DNA of 37,533 nt, taken from Verrucomicrobiota bacterium. GTDB taxonomy: Bacteria > Verrucomicrobiota > Verrucomicrobiia > Limisphaerales > UBA1100. This document shows, piece by piece, positions 29,120-37,533 of this stretch. The stretch's first letter is position 1, and every line of letters starts with the position of its first letter. Under the pieces are notes generated by a model. It did no database searches and was not told the DNA's origin. It saw nothing but the letters and a program-made list of their open reading frames with translations. The position numbers and the translations under genes were made by a program. The stretch covers positions 1-37,533 of the forward strand of contig JAPKEI010000001.1 in assembly GCA_028872685.1 (NCBI GenBank), given 5' to 3'.

Positions 29120-30568
29120 AAACCCACCTGCGGGCCAGCGGACAGTTGACCGATTGATGGGAACCGCGCGCTGCGAACTGGCATTGTTGGTCAACTTCTT
29201 AGCCTGAATTATTTGAGTGAGGTAATTACCCACCATCGGAGCAGTTTGCTGAATGGTCCAAGCGTTATTAGCAGAATTAGTGTTACCAGTGGGGGACCCC
29301 CAAACATTGATGTTGGGATTGGAAAAATATCCCAAACGCGGTCCGGCACCATATGCCATGATAGTGCGCATCGGATAATTCTGGCCATTCACAGTTACAT
29401 TAAACCGCATGCCGTTTGAATTGGTAAACGCGCCCTTGACCCAGCTACCAATGTCGTTGGTGGCATGTTGGCAACCGAGGTTATGGCCGATCTCATGTGC
29501 GAAAACCGATGTGGGTGCGTACACGCCTTCCATCACGGTCATTCCGTAGCTTGGCGCGGGGTTGAAGCTGGTGATCATCCAACCTGTACCGTGGAATAAT
29601 TCGCCCGGACTCGCACCCACAAACAGGGAGACAAGATCCGCTCGGTATTGCTGCCGCATCAGGTGGGCATTGTATAAATCCAAGGTCGTTCCATACGTAA
29701 GCGCCTTGAGATCTGTCACCAAATTGCCCGAGGTGCGATAATTGATTGGCCCGAGATGTGCGAGCACGAGTTTGGCGGTGATGCCACTGCGCCGGAATGC
29801 GGCATTCACTTGTGCCACGCTAAGCCGAGCGCGCGTCTCAATTCCTAGAAGGCCGGTGCTCTGCTTTTTGGCCTCGGGTGTGTAGAGTATCATAATGCTG
29901 ATAATCGGCGGCCCCCAGTTCACCGCTCCCTGCAATACTTGAGTAGGCCAAGGGTTGGTGCGGGTGAGCACATGCGTGAACGCCGAAAACCCGTTCACTC
30001 GATTGGTCACCCCCCATTGCAACGCAGGCATGATCGCAGCGTCAGCATCGGGTGCCACTTCCACCGGCTTGGCGGCAAAATGTTCCTGCAACGCATGAGG
30101 CGTTTGCATCGCCAGCGGATCCAGCTCCACCACCGAGTGTTCGCCGTTTCCGGCGTAGTTCACCAAAAACTGCCGACCATCAGGCAACTCCACCGTACCG
30201 GCCAACGCATCGTCGACCGTCACAAATACCGCCAAGCTCCGGGGCACGCCGACCACCTCACCCATTACTTCCGTGCTGTTTCCGCTGGTGTATTCAGAAT
30301 CCTCCAAGCGAATCCGAACCGTCTCGCCGGGAAACAATTCCAACTCAATAATTCTGCCCCCTTCGCGCACATCCTGCAACGCGTCGGGATGCAGCTTCAC
30401 ATGGCGGAACCGCTTGGCGATTTTCCGTTCGGGTAAGGAAATAATCGGACGCTTAGCCGCCTCCTCCAAGATCAGAGCCGGCGCAGGCTGCGTAGCGCGC
30501 CAAAGTTGAAGGCCGCCCACCACAAGAAAAGGCAGCAAAATCAAGAGTGCTATATATTGGCGTTTCAT
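29108..30568 (-). CDS. zinc metalloprotease, metzincin (reprolysin/M12B-like)
   Basis: HEIGHNLGCQH matches the HExxHxxGxxH metzincin signature. The N-terminal signal or anchor is MKRQYIALLILLPFLVVGG. Length is 486 aa. Confidence 0.8.
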   Translation of the reverse strand: MKRQYIALLILLPFLVVGGLQLWRATQPAPALILEEAAKRPIISLPERKIAKRFRHVKLHPDALQDVREGGRIIELELFPGETVRIRLEDSEYTSGNSTEVMGEVVGVPRSLAVFVTVDDALAGTVELPDGRQFLVNYAGNGEHSVVELDPLAMQTPHALQEHFAAKPVEVAPDADAAIMPALQWGVTNRVNGFSAFTHVLTRTNPWPTQVLQGAVNWGPPIISIMILYTPEAKKQSTGLLGIETRARLSVAQVNAAFRRSGITAKLVLAHLGPINYRTSGNLVTDLKALTYGTTLDLYNAHLMRQQYRADLVSLFVGASPGELFHGTGWMITSFNPAPSYGMTVMEGVYAPTSVFAHEIGHNLGCQHATNDIGSWVKGAFTNSNGMRFNVTVNGQNYPMRTIMAYGAGPRLGYFSNPNINVWGSPTGNTNSANNAWTIQQTAPMVGNYLTQIIQAKKLTNNASSQRAVPINRSTVRWPAGGFNGN

Positions 30569-30866
30569 GTCAAAATGGCCTCATTCACGAGACACTTGGC
30601 AACCTAGCACTCATCCGCCAGCGCGCAAGGTGAAAGTGCCCGGCAAGATTTTTTAAACCGTACCGACAATCCGGTAACAACACAGTTATAGGTATGTATT
30701 TGTGTCACGAAATAAAATTATTGCTCGGTAACAACAATCAGGAATTGAGATCTGGAAATAGGGGGATCATCATCGAATAGCTTCCTCGCAGCCCATTGCA
30801 AAGCGCAAACCGAAATAATATAAATCTAGCATTGCCAGCCGCGCCCCTACTGCTACGATTTCGCCC

Positions 30867-31994
30867 ATGAAGACCGTTCTTGCTTCCCTCATTGCCCTCA
30901 CCCTCACCGCTAACGTATTTGCTGAAGGCTCTCAAGGCTCACCCAACGCTACTGCTGCGTTTTTAAAGAATGCGCAAAAGGGCGGACTTAAATTCAACGG
31001 CGTGGGTAATATGTTTGCCGGTCATTATGGGCTGTTGATTGTCGCCGAAAATGACGGCTCGCTCGTCGCCATCGATACCCGCCACACCGGTAAATTTACC
31101 ACAGTAAAACCCATCGCCAACCTCGGAGCCAAAGTGGCCGGTGCCCTTGGCACTACCACCGACAAAGTGACGATCAACGATCTCAAAGCCAATCCCGAGA
31201 CGGGCACTGTTTATATTAGCGTGCGCCGCAGTGACGGCATCAGCGCCATCCTTACCCTCGATGCCACGGGCAAGCTCGCCGCGCTCAATACCGCCAAGCT
31301 CAATTGGGTGCGCGTAAAGCTCGCCGATAAACTCCGCATCTCTCGCATTAGCGCCATTGGTCTCGCGGGCAATCGCGTGCTCGCCGCCGGCCAAAGCAAC
31401 GATGCTTTTCGCAGCAAAATATTCTCCATCCCCACACCGATCGAACACGGCAGCACGGCCAATATTTATAGCACAGACACCTACCACGTGGCACATGGCC
31501 GTTGGGAAACCAAAGCGCCCATCCAAAGCTTCATTCTCATGCAGGACGCAGGCAAGCCGTACCTCGTTGGCTCATTTGCCTGCACTCCGATTGCAAAATT
31601 CCCGCTCACCAATCTCAAGGATGGCGCACAAGTGAAAGGCACCAGCGTGCTCGAGCTGGGCTCCGGCAATCGCCCGCTCGATATGTTCACCTATCGAAGC
31701 GGCGGCAAGCAATGGCTCGTCACTCATTCAATGCGGTTCCACAAACTCTTTGATTACACTCCGAGCAAATACTGGGCCGCTCGCGTCGACATGAAGATCA
31801 TCACCGCCAGCGGGGAGAAAACCAACAAGACCGCCACCCGCCGCAACAAGACCATCGCCAAAGATCCGCAAGGCGTGGAAATCATCGAGGCCCTCCACGG
31901 CGCAGTACAAGTCGATGCCTACGGCAAACAACAAGCCATCCTGTTACGGGACGCCAACGGCAAGTTGAACTTGGAAATTGTAAAGTTGCCTTAA
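30867..31994 (+). CDS. hypothetical secreted protein
   Basis: 375 aa with the signal peptide MKTVLASLIALTLTANVFA. The composition is consistent with coding and no competing ORF is present. I do not recognise a family. Confidence 0.6.
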   Translation: MKTVLASLIALTLTANVFAEGSQGSPNATAAFLKNAQKGGLKFNGVGNMFAGHYGLLIVAENDGSLVAIDTRHTGKFTTVKPIANLGAKVAGALGTTTDKVTINDLKANPETGTVYISVRRSDGISAILTLDATGKLAALNTAKLNWVRVKLADKLRISRISAIGLAGNRVLAAGQSNDAFRSKIFSIPTPIEHGSTANIYSTDTYHVAHGRWETKAPIQSFILMQDAGKPYLVGSFACTPIAKFPLTNLKDGAQVKGTSVLELGSGNRPLDMFTYRSGGKQWLVTHSMRFHKLFDYTPSKYWAARVDMKIITASGEKTNKTATRRNKTIAKDPQGVEIIEALHGAVQVDAYGKQQAILLRDANGKLNLEIVKLP

Positions 31995-32065
31995 TTGCCA
32001 ACGGCTAAAATCGCCGTGAACAGCTTTCAGTTGCGCCCAATCGCCCTCGCCTTCAGCCTCGGCTT

Positions 32066-33079
32066 ATGAAGCACCAACGCAGTGTCATCGCAGCCATCGC
32101 CGCGCTTTTGTTTACCCTCACCGCCCACGCTTGGGATTACGAGCGGCACCGGCTCATCAACGACCTCGCGCTCACCACGCTCTCCAAGGATTTCCCAGCC
32201 TTCGTGCGCTTGCCCGCCAATCGCGAGCGCATCCTTTTCCTCAGCGGCGAACCCGATCGCTGGCGCAATAACCGCGACCGTGCCCTGCGCCACCTCAACA
32301 GCCTCGATCATTACTTCGACCTTGAATACCTCGACCCCTACCAACTTAAGCCCGCCGACCTCAGCCATTTTCGCTACCGCTACGTCGAGCAAATGGCCAA
32401 CGCCCGCGCCCACCTCAAGCTCGAACTGCCCGAAGCCAACCCCGACCACACCAAAGGCCATCCCGGTTTTCTGCCGTGGGCCATCAACGAAAACTACCTC
32501 AAACTCGTCAGCGCATTTTCCTACCTCAAAGTTTTTGAAAAAATGGGAACCGAAGAAGAAAAAAACAACGCGCGCGCCAACGTCATTTACCGAATGGGAA
32601 TCCTCAGCCACTACGTTGGCGACGCCGCCCAACCCCTCCACACCACCAAACACTTCAACGGCTGGGTAGGCGACAACCCAAAAGACTACACCACCAGCCG
32701 CCGCTTCCACTCGTGGATTGACGGCGGCTTCTTCAAGGCCACCCAGTCCCCCGATCGCGCCGCCCTCGCCGGCGCCCTCCGCCCCGCTAAACTCATTGTG
32801 CGTCCCCTCGCCCGTGACCTCGCCAGCGGACACTTCCAACTCGCCCTCAACTTCATCCTCGCCCAACACCAAAAGATGGAACCCCTTTATCAGTTAGACA
32901 AAGAAAAAGGGCTCAGCCCAGAAACCCCCACCGCCGGAAAAATTTTCCTGGAGACCCAACTCAAAACCGGCACCCAATACCTCGGTGACCTCTGGCAAAC
33001 CGCCTGGGCCGAAGCCCCCCCTGACCGCTTCCTCCAAACCTACCTTGCCAAAAGGCAGCTCCAAAAGGAGGAAAAATAA
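32066..33079 (+). CDS. S1/P1-type zinc nuclease (phospholipase C/P1 nuclease superfamily), secreted
   Basis: After the signal peptide (..LTAHA) the mature N-terminus is W-DYER-H, matching Trp1/His6. HYVGDAAQPLH gives H-x3-D-x5-H. A further H-x3-D (FHSWID) begins exactly 23 residues after that last His. This reproduces the P1 nuclease ligand spacing 116/120/126/149/153 as I recall it. Confidence 0.85.
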   Translation: MKHQRSVIAAIAALLFTLTAHAWDYERHRLINDLALTTLSKDFPAFVRLPANRERILFLSGEPDRWRNNRDRALRHLNSLDHYFDLEYLDPYQLKPADLSHFRYRYVEQMANARAHLKLELPEANPDHTKGHPGFLPWAINENYLKLVSAFSYLKVFEKMGTEEEKNNARANVIYRMGILSHYVGDAAQPLHTTKHFNGWVGDNPKDYTTSRRFHSWIDGGFFKATQSPDRAALAGALRPAKLIVRPLARDLASGHFQLALNFILAQHQKMEPLYQLDKEKGLSPETPTAGKIFLETQLKTGTQYLGDLWQTAWAEAPPDRFLQTYLAKRQLQKEEK

Positions 33080-33081
33080 CT

Positions 33082-33119
33082 GGTGGGGCCGGCAGGACTT
33101 AAACCTGCAACCAACGCAT
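33082..33119 (-). pseudogene. truncated tRNA: copy of the 3' half of the tRNA(CAT) gene at 37275-37348
   Basis: ggtggggccggcaggacttaaacctgcaaccaacgcat matches ggtgggcccggcaggacttgaacctgcaaccaacgcat (37273-37310) at 36 of 38 positions, in the same orientation. The copy covers the acceptor 3' strand, T-arm, variable loop and 3' anticodon stem. The adjacent sequence cannot form a D-arm or 5' acceptor strand. Confidence 0.75.
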
Positions 33120-33268
33120 CCATCACCGTGCATCATCCCGCGAACCCGGCCGGAACCTTAAGGTTTTAGTTCTCTAATATTAAATTTTTCTGTATTTTCC
33201 CGAGGAGAGTGAAGGGTGTCGCGGTCGGAAAAGGAATTTTCTAGCAGTGGCGTAATCCTAACTTATTG

Positions 33269-35842
33269 ATGAATTTACATTTACTCCGCACCCGCATCGT
33301 GCCCGTGGTTACACGGGTTGCTGTTTGCGTAGCACTCGCCGGGGTGGCATCTGCCGCTGAAATTCCTTCAGGGAAATCCGGTTTTGAATCGCACATCAAA
33401 CCATTTTTTAAAACGTACTGTGTTAAGTGCCACGGACCGAAAAAAAGCAAAGGCAAGATCACCGTACACAGCCTGGATGGTGACCTGACTGCAGGTCAGG
33501 AGCTTGAACGATGGGAGCTGATTCTCGATGCACTTGAGCATCAGGACATGCCGCCGGAGGAAGAAAAGAATCAGCCAAGTGCTGCGGATAGGGCCGCTAT
33601 CGTCAAGTGGATCGAGTCGGGCTTGCGTGACTACGTAAAAAATGCAAACAAGGTCGCGGTCGCCACAACAACACGAAGGCTCACCAATTTTGAGTATCAG
33701 AACACGATGCGTGATCTATTAGGTTTTGAACTCGAGCTTACCAAGGACCTGCCCGGCGACCCGGACAAACCGTATCATTTCAATAATACTGCGGAAATGA
33801 TGATGATCGGGCCTGACCAACTGGTTCGCTACAAGGAGGCGGCACGCAAGGCTATGGCAAGCGCGATTGTCGATCCTGGGAAGCCGGAAATTCACCGATT
33901 TAGCTCGAAGTGGGAACATGGAAAATCAGGCAAAGGCGGATTGTCTCAAGCGGAGATCGGCGTCTACCAAGGACCCGGCGTCGGCAGAAAAACCGTCGGA
34001 TTGAAAAGCTGGCCCCAAACCGGTGAATTCAGAATCCGCGTCAAGGCATCGGGAAATTTTCCGCCAGGGTTCAAAGAAGTGCCACTCCGTCTAGTGATGG
34101 GCACCAGCCTCCGCCATGATTCAGGATCTGGAATCTATCAGGAAGTAGGAACCGTTCATTTGACGAACACTCCTGACAACCCCGAGGAGTTTGAATTTCG
34201 GGGGCGCATCGAAAACATACCGGTCCAACCAGCCAGCAAGCACAGAAACAAGATACTCCCACCCAAGATCACCATCACCGCCCAGAATATTTTCGACAAC
34301 GGCGAACTCAACGACCACCGCAAGAGTGGGTTTGACGCCTCCTGGAGTGTCAAGGCTCCCCGCGTGATACTTGAGTCGCTCGAGTTCGAGGCCCCTGTGG
34401 CTGAGGTCTGGCCGCCGGAACACCACACCCGTATCCTTTTTGAGTCACCTCTGCGTAACACAAAGACTGGCGAGTATGCTTATGAGGTTATCAAACGCTT
34501 CATGACGCGGGCGTTTCGGCGACCGGTTGCTAAAGATGAGGTTGATCACTTTCACCGTATCTATAAGATCTACGATGCGGAGTTTGATACTCTTGAGCAG
34601 GCTATGCGCGAGACGTTGGCGATGGTGCTGATATCACCGCAGTTTCTTTATCACGCGGTGATTGATGACGCCGCCGCGACGAAGCAATATGAACTCGCCT
34701 CGCGCCTATCCTATTTCCTCTGGGGAAGCATGCCCGACAAGGAACTGTTTGATCTTGCTGCATCAGGCAAGCTGAATGACCCCGCAGTCATTGAGACCCA
34801 GACGCGCCGACTTCTTGCTGACAAGCGTGCCGTAGGTTTTGTCGAGAACTTCACCGCCCAGTGGCTGAGCATCGCCAAGATGAAAACGGTGAACATCAAC
34901 CATGATCTTTTCCCCCGGTTTCTCTATACCGTACATCTTGGTGAGCGACGTGGTCAGGAGCAGCTGTTCCGTCCGACCATCCGTGACTATATGCACGAGG
35001 AGACAGTGGGCTTCGTCGGCGAACTGATCAGAAACAACGCGAGTGTCATGAATATCGTGGACTCTAGTTTTGCTTACCTCAACGAACCGCTCGCGGTGCA
35101 TTACGGTGTCGGCGGTGTCGAGGGATTAAAGTTCCGTGCCGTTCCAATCAAACCCGAAGATCGCCTTGGAGGACTTCTGACACAAGGGTCCGTGTTGGTA
35201 GGAAATTCCACCGGTTCGGCTCCACACCCGATCTATCGGGCAGTTTGGTTGCGAGAGGCGATTCTGGGCGACAAGGTCAAGCCACCACCTGCTGAAGTTC
35301 CGGCATTATCTGACTCCGTTGGTGATTCCGCGGATGAAGCGGTCTCGATCAAGAACCTGCTCGCGCTCCACCGAAATAAGGAAAGCTGCTACGATTGCCA
35401 CGTGCGGCTCGATCCATGGGGGATTCCATTCGAACGCTACAGCGCGATCGGGAAATACCAGCCCTTGATTCCCAAAGACAAGGTTCGGGTGAGGGGTTTC
35501 AACCATAAGCAAGACAAGACCTTAGCAGGCTATCAGGCCTATCTGAAATCGATCTACACAGAGGAAGTGGACGCCTCCTCGCGCGTGCCTCACGGCCCCG
35601 CGGTTGACGGCATGCAGAAACTCAAAAAGTATCTACTCAAGGAACGCAAGGCTGAGATCGCCGAAAACGTCATCCGCAGACTGATGACATACAGTGTCGG
35701 CCGGGAGCTCACCTACCGCGATCGATTTGAGGTTAAGAAGTTGCTGAAGCTGGCGGAGGAAAATGGATACAAACTGCAGGACATGATTGCATCCGTTTGC
35801 CAGAGCCCCACATTCACAGGCACCAAAACCAAGGAAGAATAA
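33269..35842 (+). CDS. DUF1592/DUF1588/DUF1585/DUF1587/DUF1595-type multidomain protein with an N-terminal planctomycete cytochrome-c motif
   Basis: A signal peptide is followed by CVKCHGPKKSKGK (CxxCH). The later blocks RRLTNFEYQNTMRDLLG, RAFRRPV, ISPQFLY, RLSYFLWGSMPD, FTAQWL and CYDCH are typical of this PVC-group family. ATG 33269 is preferred over TTG 33266. Confidence 0.85.
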   Translation: MNLHLLRTRIVPVVTRVAVCVALAGVASAAEIPSGKSGFESHIKPFFKTYCVKCHGPKKSKGKITVHSLDGDLTAGQELERWELILDALEHQDMPPEEEKNQPSAADRAAIVKWIESGLRDYVKNANKVAVATTTRRLTNFEYQNTMRDLLGFELELTKDLPGDPDKPYHFNNTAEMMMIGPDQLVRYKEAARKAMASAIVDPGKPEIHRFSSKWEHGKSGKGGLSQAEIGVYQGPGVGRKTVGLKSWPQTGEFRIRVKASGNFPPGFKEVPLRLVMGTSLRHDSGSGIYQEVGTVHLTNTPDNPEEFEFRGRIENIPVQPASKHRNKILPPKITITAQNIFDNGELNDHRKSGFDASWSVKAPRVILESLEFEAPVAEVWPPEHHTRILFESPLRNTKTGEYAYEVIKRFMTRAFRRPVAKDEVDHFHRIYKIYDAEFDTLEQAMRETLAMVLISPQFLYHAVIDDAAATKQYELASRLSYFLWGSMPDKELFDLAASGKLNDPAVIETQTRRLLADKRAVGFVENFTAQWLSIAKMKTVNINHDLFPRFLYTVHLGERRGQEQLFRPTIRDYMHEETVGFVGELIRNNASVMNIVDSSFAYLNEPLAVHYGVGGVEGLKFRAVPIKPEDRLGGLLTQGSVLVGNSTGSAPHPIYRAVWLREAILGDKVKPPPAEVPALSDSVGDSADEAVSIKNLLALHRNKESCYDCHVRLDPWGIPFERYSAIGKYQPLIPKDKVRVRGFNHKQDKTLAGYQAYLKSIYTEEVDASSRVPHGPAVDGMQKLKKYLLKERKAEIAENVIRRLMTYSVGRELTYRDRFEVKKLLKLAEENGYKLQDMIASVCQSPTFTGTKTKEE

Positions 35843-35846
35843 TCCC

Positions 35847-37184
35847 ATGAAACAGAAATCCTGGCATATCAATCGACGTGAGTTCGTCAGAGGCGGTGGT
35901 GCTGCACTGGCCTTGCCATTGCTCCAAGGCATGTCCTGGGGCAAGGCAGCAGCAGGCAAGGCACTGCCAAAACGCATGATGGTCAGCTACATCTCCTATG
36001 GTGTTTACGAACCGAAAGGTAAAAACGGCTCGCACCACGACTGGAACTGGTGGCCGTGCAAAGACGCCGGCCCGCTTACTTTCAACGAATCAGCCGCTCC
36101 CTTCGCGCCACTCAAGGACTCCGTGAGTTACCTCCGTGGCCTCGAGCACGCAGGTGGTTTAGGAATGGGTGGCCACAGCAGCGGCGACGTCTTCGCCACT
36201 GGCGCCGATATGTCGGTTACGGAAAAAAGAAACAACATCTCCGTCGATCAACTCGCTGCGAAGGTGAATGGACATAAGACCCGCTACGCCTCACTCGTGT
36301 TGGGCACCGAGGGCGGCACTGGCTCCTACGGCAGTGCCAAGACACTTTCGCACTACGGACCCGGCCGGCCGATCCCGTCGATGCACCGACCCCAGGAGAT
36401 TTTTAACCGACTCTTCAACCCCTACGCAGGCAAAGGCATCGAGCAAGTCCGTGCCGATCTCAAACGCGAAGCGAGTGTGCTCGATCTGATGATGGACGAC
36501 TCCAAGCGACTCCAAGGTCGACTTGGAAAAGAAGACCAACAGAAAATGGAGGAGTATCTCGACTCCATACGTGCACTCGAGAAGCGTGTCGAACGCACCA
36601 GCCAGTGGACACATCAGTCGCTGCCGAATGTCGATACCAAGGGGCTGAACCTTGAGGTTTCCCATAAAGACCCGGAGCAATACACCCGCTGCATGTATGA
36701 CCTGCTCTACCTCGCTTTCCAGACGGACTCCACCCGCTTCGCCACCCTGATGCTCGAAAGCGAGCATTCCAGCGGCAGCGAGTTGTGGAACTATGCCAAC
36801 TACGTGCTCGGCTACAAAGGAGCCACTCACGACATCGCGCACAAGCGCCCGACCGAATCAGGAAAGTGGGACAACTGGCGCGCCAAGCAGCATGCCTACT
36901 TCCTGGAGCGCTTGCGGAACACTCCTGAAGGCGATAGCAATATGCTCGACCAAACGGTGGTCGTCTGGGGCTCAGCCCACCCACACGCATCCCACAGCAG
37001 CAAGAACTACCCGATTCAGGTGGCGGGTGGAAAGGCGCTTGGCTTCAAGCACGGGAATCTGCACTCTTTTAAAGGAGAGAAAAAGGTGCCGCTCTCTAAC
37101 CTGTATGTCTCGATGCTCAATGCAGTCGACGCTCCAACAAAGAAATTCGCCGACAGCACCGGCGAGATGACAGAAATCCTATGA
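35847..37184 (+). CDS. DUF1552 domain protein with a twin-arginine (Tat) signal
   Basis: Start trimmed to ATG 35847, 4 nt after the upstream TAA. NRREFVRGGGAALALPLL is a Tat-type signal. This is the usual partner of DUF1592 proteins. The His-rich patches GGHSSGD, ATHDIAHK and WGSAHPHASHSS suggest metal binding. Confidence 0.85.
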   Translation: MKQKSWHINRREFVRGGGAALALPLLQGMSWGKAAAGKALPKRMMVSYISYGVYEPKGKNGSHHDWNWWPCKDAGPLTFNESAAPFAPLKDSVSYLRGLEHAGGLGMGGHSSGDVFATGADMSVTEKRNNISVDQLAAKVNGHKTRYASLVLGTEGGTGSYGSAKTLSHYGPGRPIPSMHRPQEIFNRLFNPYAGKGIEQVRADLKREASVLDLMMDDSKRLQGRLGKEDQQKMEEYLDSIRALEKRVERTSQWTHQSLPNVDTKGLNLEVSHKDPEQYTRCMYDLLYLAFQTDSTRFATLMLESEHSSGSELWNYANYVLGYKGATHDIAHKRPTESGKWDNWRAKQHAYFLERLRNTPEGDSNMLDQTVVVWGSAHPHASHSSKNYPIQVAGGKALGFKHGNLHSFKGEKKVPLSNLYVSMLNAVDAPTKKFADSTGEMTEIL

Positions 37185-37274
37185 GGGTCAACGCAATGGC
37201 AACGATAGAACAGGCCGAATATTGGAAAATGGCCCATTTCATTTGAGCCTGAAAAAACACTGCTAAAAAATCGG

Positions 37275-37348
37275 TGGGCCCGGCAGGACTTGAACCTGCA
37301 ACCAACGCATTATGAGTGCGCTGCTCTAACCGATTGAGCTACGGGCCC
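37275..37348 (-). tRNA. tRNA with CAT anticodon (elongator Met, or Ile2 if lysidine-modified)
   Basis: The minus strand is GGGCCCG-TA-GCTC-AATCGGTTA-GAGC-A-GCGCA-CTCATAA-TGCGT-TGGTT-GCAGG-TTCAAGT-CCTGC-CGGGCCC-A. It folds by hand into a perfect cloverleaf of 74 nt. It is not an initiator: it has a G1-C72 pair and no GGG/CCC anticodon stem. The C4-G69/C5-G68 pairs resemble E. coli tRNA-Ile2. CCA is not encoded. Confidence 0.9.
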
Positions 37349-37392
37349 GTTGGCTGTTAGTTTGGCGAATTGGGTGGGGTTTGGAAAGGTTT

Positions 37393-37533
37393 TCAGTTTC
37401 CGGCACTTGGTGTGCTGGAAATTTCCTCTGGGGGTTCGAGCTTCACATTGCGGCGACGATGCCATTGGGCAAGGAGTCCGTCATGGGGGCTGAGGAGCCA
37501 GGCGAGGAGGAAGAGGGCCATTCCCGCGACGAC
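37393..37533 (-). CDS. C-terminal end of a membrane protein (possibly an ABC-3 metal-transporter permease), partial
   Basis: The frame is open from the right edge: VVAGMALFLLAWLLSPHDGLLAQWHRRRNVKLEPPEEISSTPSAGN, ending at TGA 37395-37393. The ..LFLL..L.SP..GLLA.W.RRR pattern resembles ZnuB/MntB-type C-termini. There are too few residues for certainty. Confidence 0.4.
   Translation of the reverse strand, partial: VVAGMALFLLAWLLSPHDGLLAQWHRRRNVKLEPPEEISSTPSAGN

Noticed and set aside
33120-37270. Claiming a compositional (GC) anomaly for the tRNA-bracketed segment
   Set aside because: Hand counts of a few 60-nt lines gave values overlapping those of the flanking genes. Without a computed profile I cannot support a GC or codon-usage deviation.

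Overview
This 37.5-kb window looks like chromosomal DNA from a PVC-type bacterium (Verrucomicrobia/Planctomycetes-like). That placement is inferred from a DUF1592+DUF1552 gene pair and a lineage-restricted conserved protein, not from any search. Coding density is high.

Left half, mostly housekeeping:
- A LolA-like gene sits divergent from dnaK-groES-groEL.
- A long minus-strand array follows: leuS, a small membrane ORF, a conserved hypothetical, an M16 peptidase, galM, SRP RNA, dnaX, ybaB, recR and a HAD hydrolase.
- Next come nfeD, an SPFH gene and rdgB, then a DHH phosphoesterase.

Right half, more accessory:
- A tightly packed six-gene operon: SDR, LarA-like, PhyH dioxygenase, Gfo/Idh/MocA oxidoreductase, sugar-isomerase TIM barrel and a DUF5069-like gene.
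- A three-gene operon: TPM-like membrane protein, Gly-rich double Tim44-like/zinc-ribbon protein, and thioredoxin-like [2Fe-2S] ferredoxin.
- A run of exported proteins: PQQ-type propeller, metzincin, an unknown protein and an S1/P1 nuclease.
- A DUF1592 (haem-c motif) + DUF1552 (Tat signal) pair, bracketed by a tRNA(CAT) gene and a 38-bp copy of that tRNA's 3' half.

Most interesting observations:
1. The DUF5069-like gene is interrupted by an in-frame TGA where I recall the family's conserved Cys. The frame stays open through the rest of the domain, and a SECIS-like hairpin lies 21 nt downstream. It is a candidate selenoprotein, or a fresh nonsense mutation.
2. The LarA-like operon has no pathway assignment I can make.
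3. The tRNA-fragment repeat marks a relic insertion site.

No CRISPR array, transposase, integrase or recognisable defence genes were seen. All calls come from reading the sequence and ORF translations by eye. No searches or folding programs were run, and family assignments come from remembered motifs.
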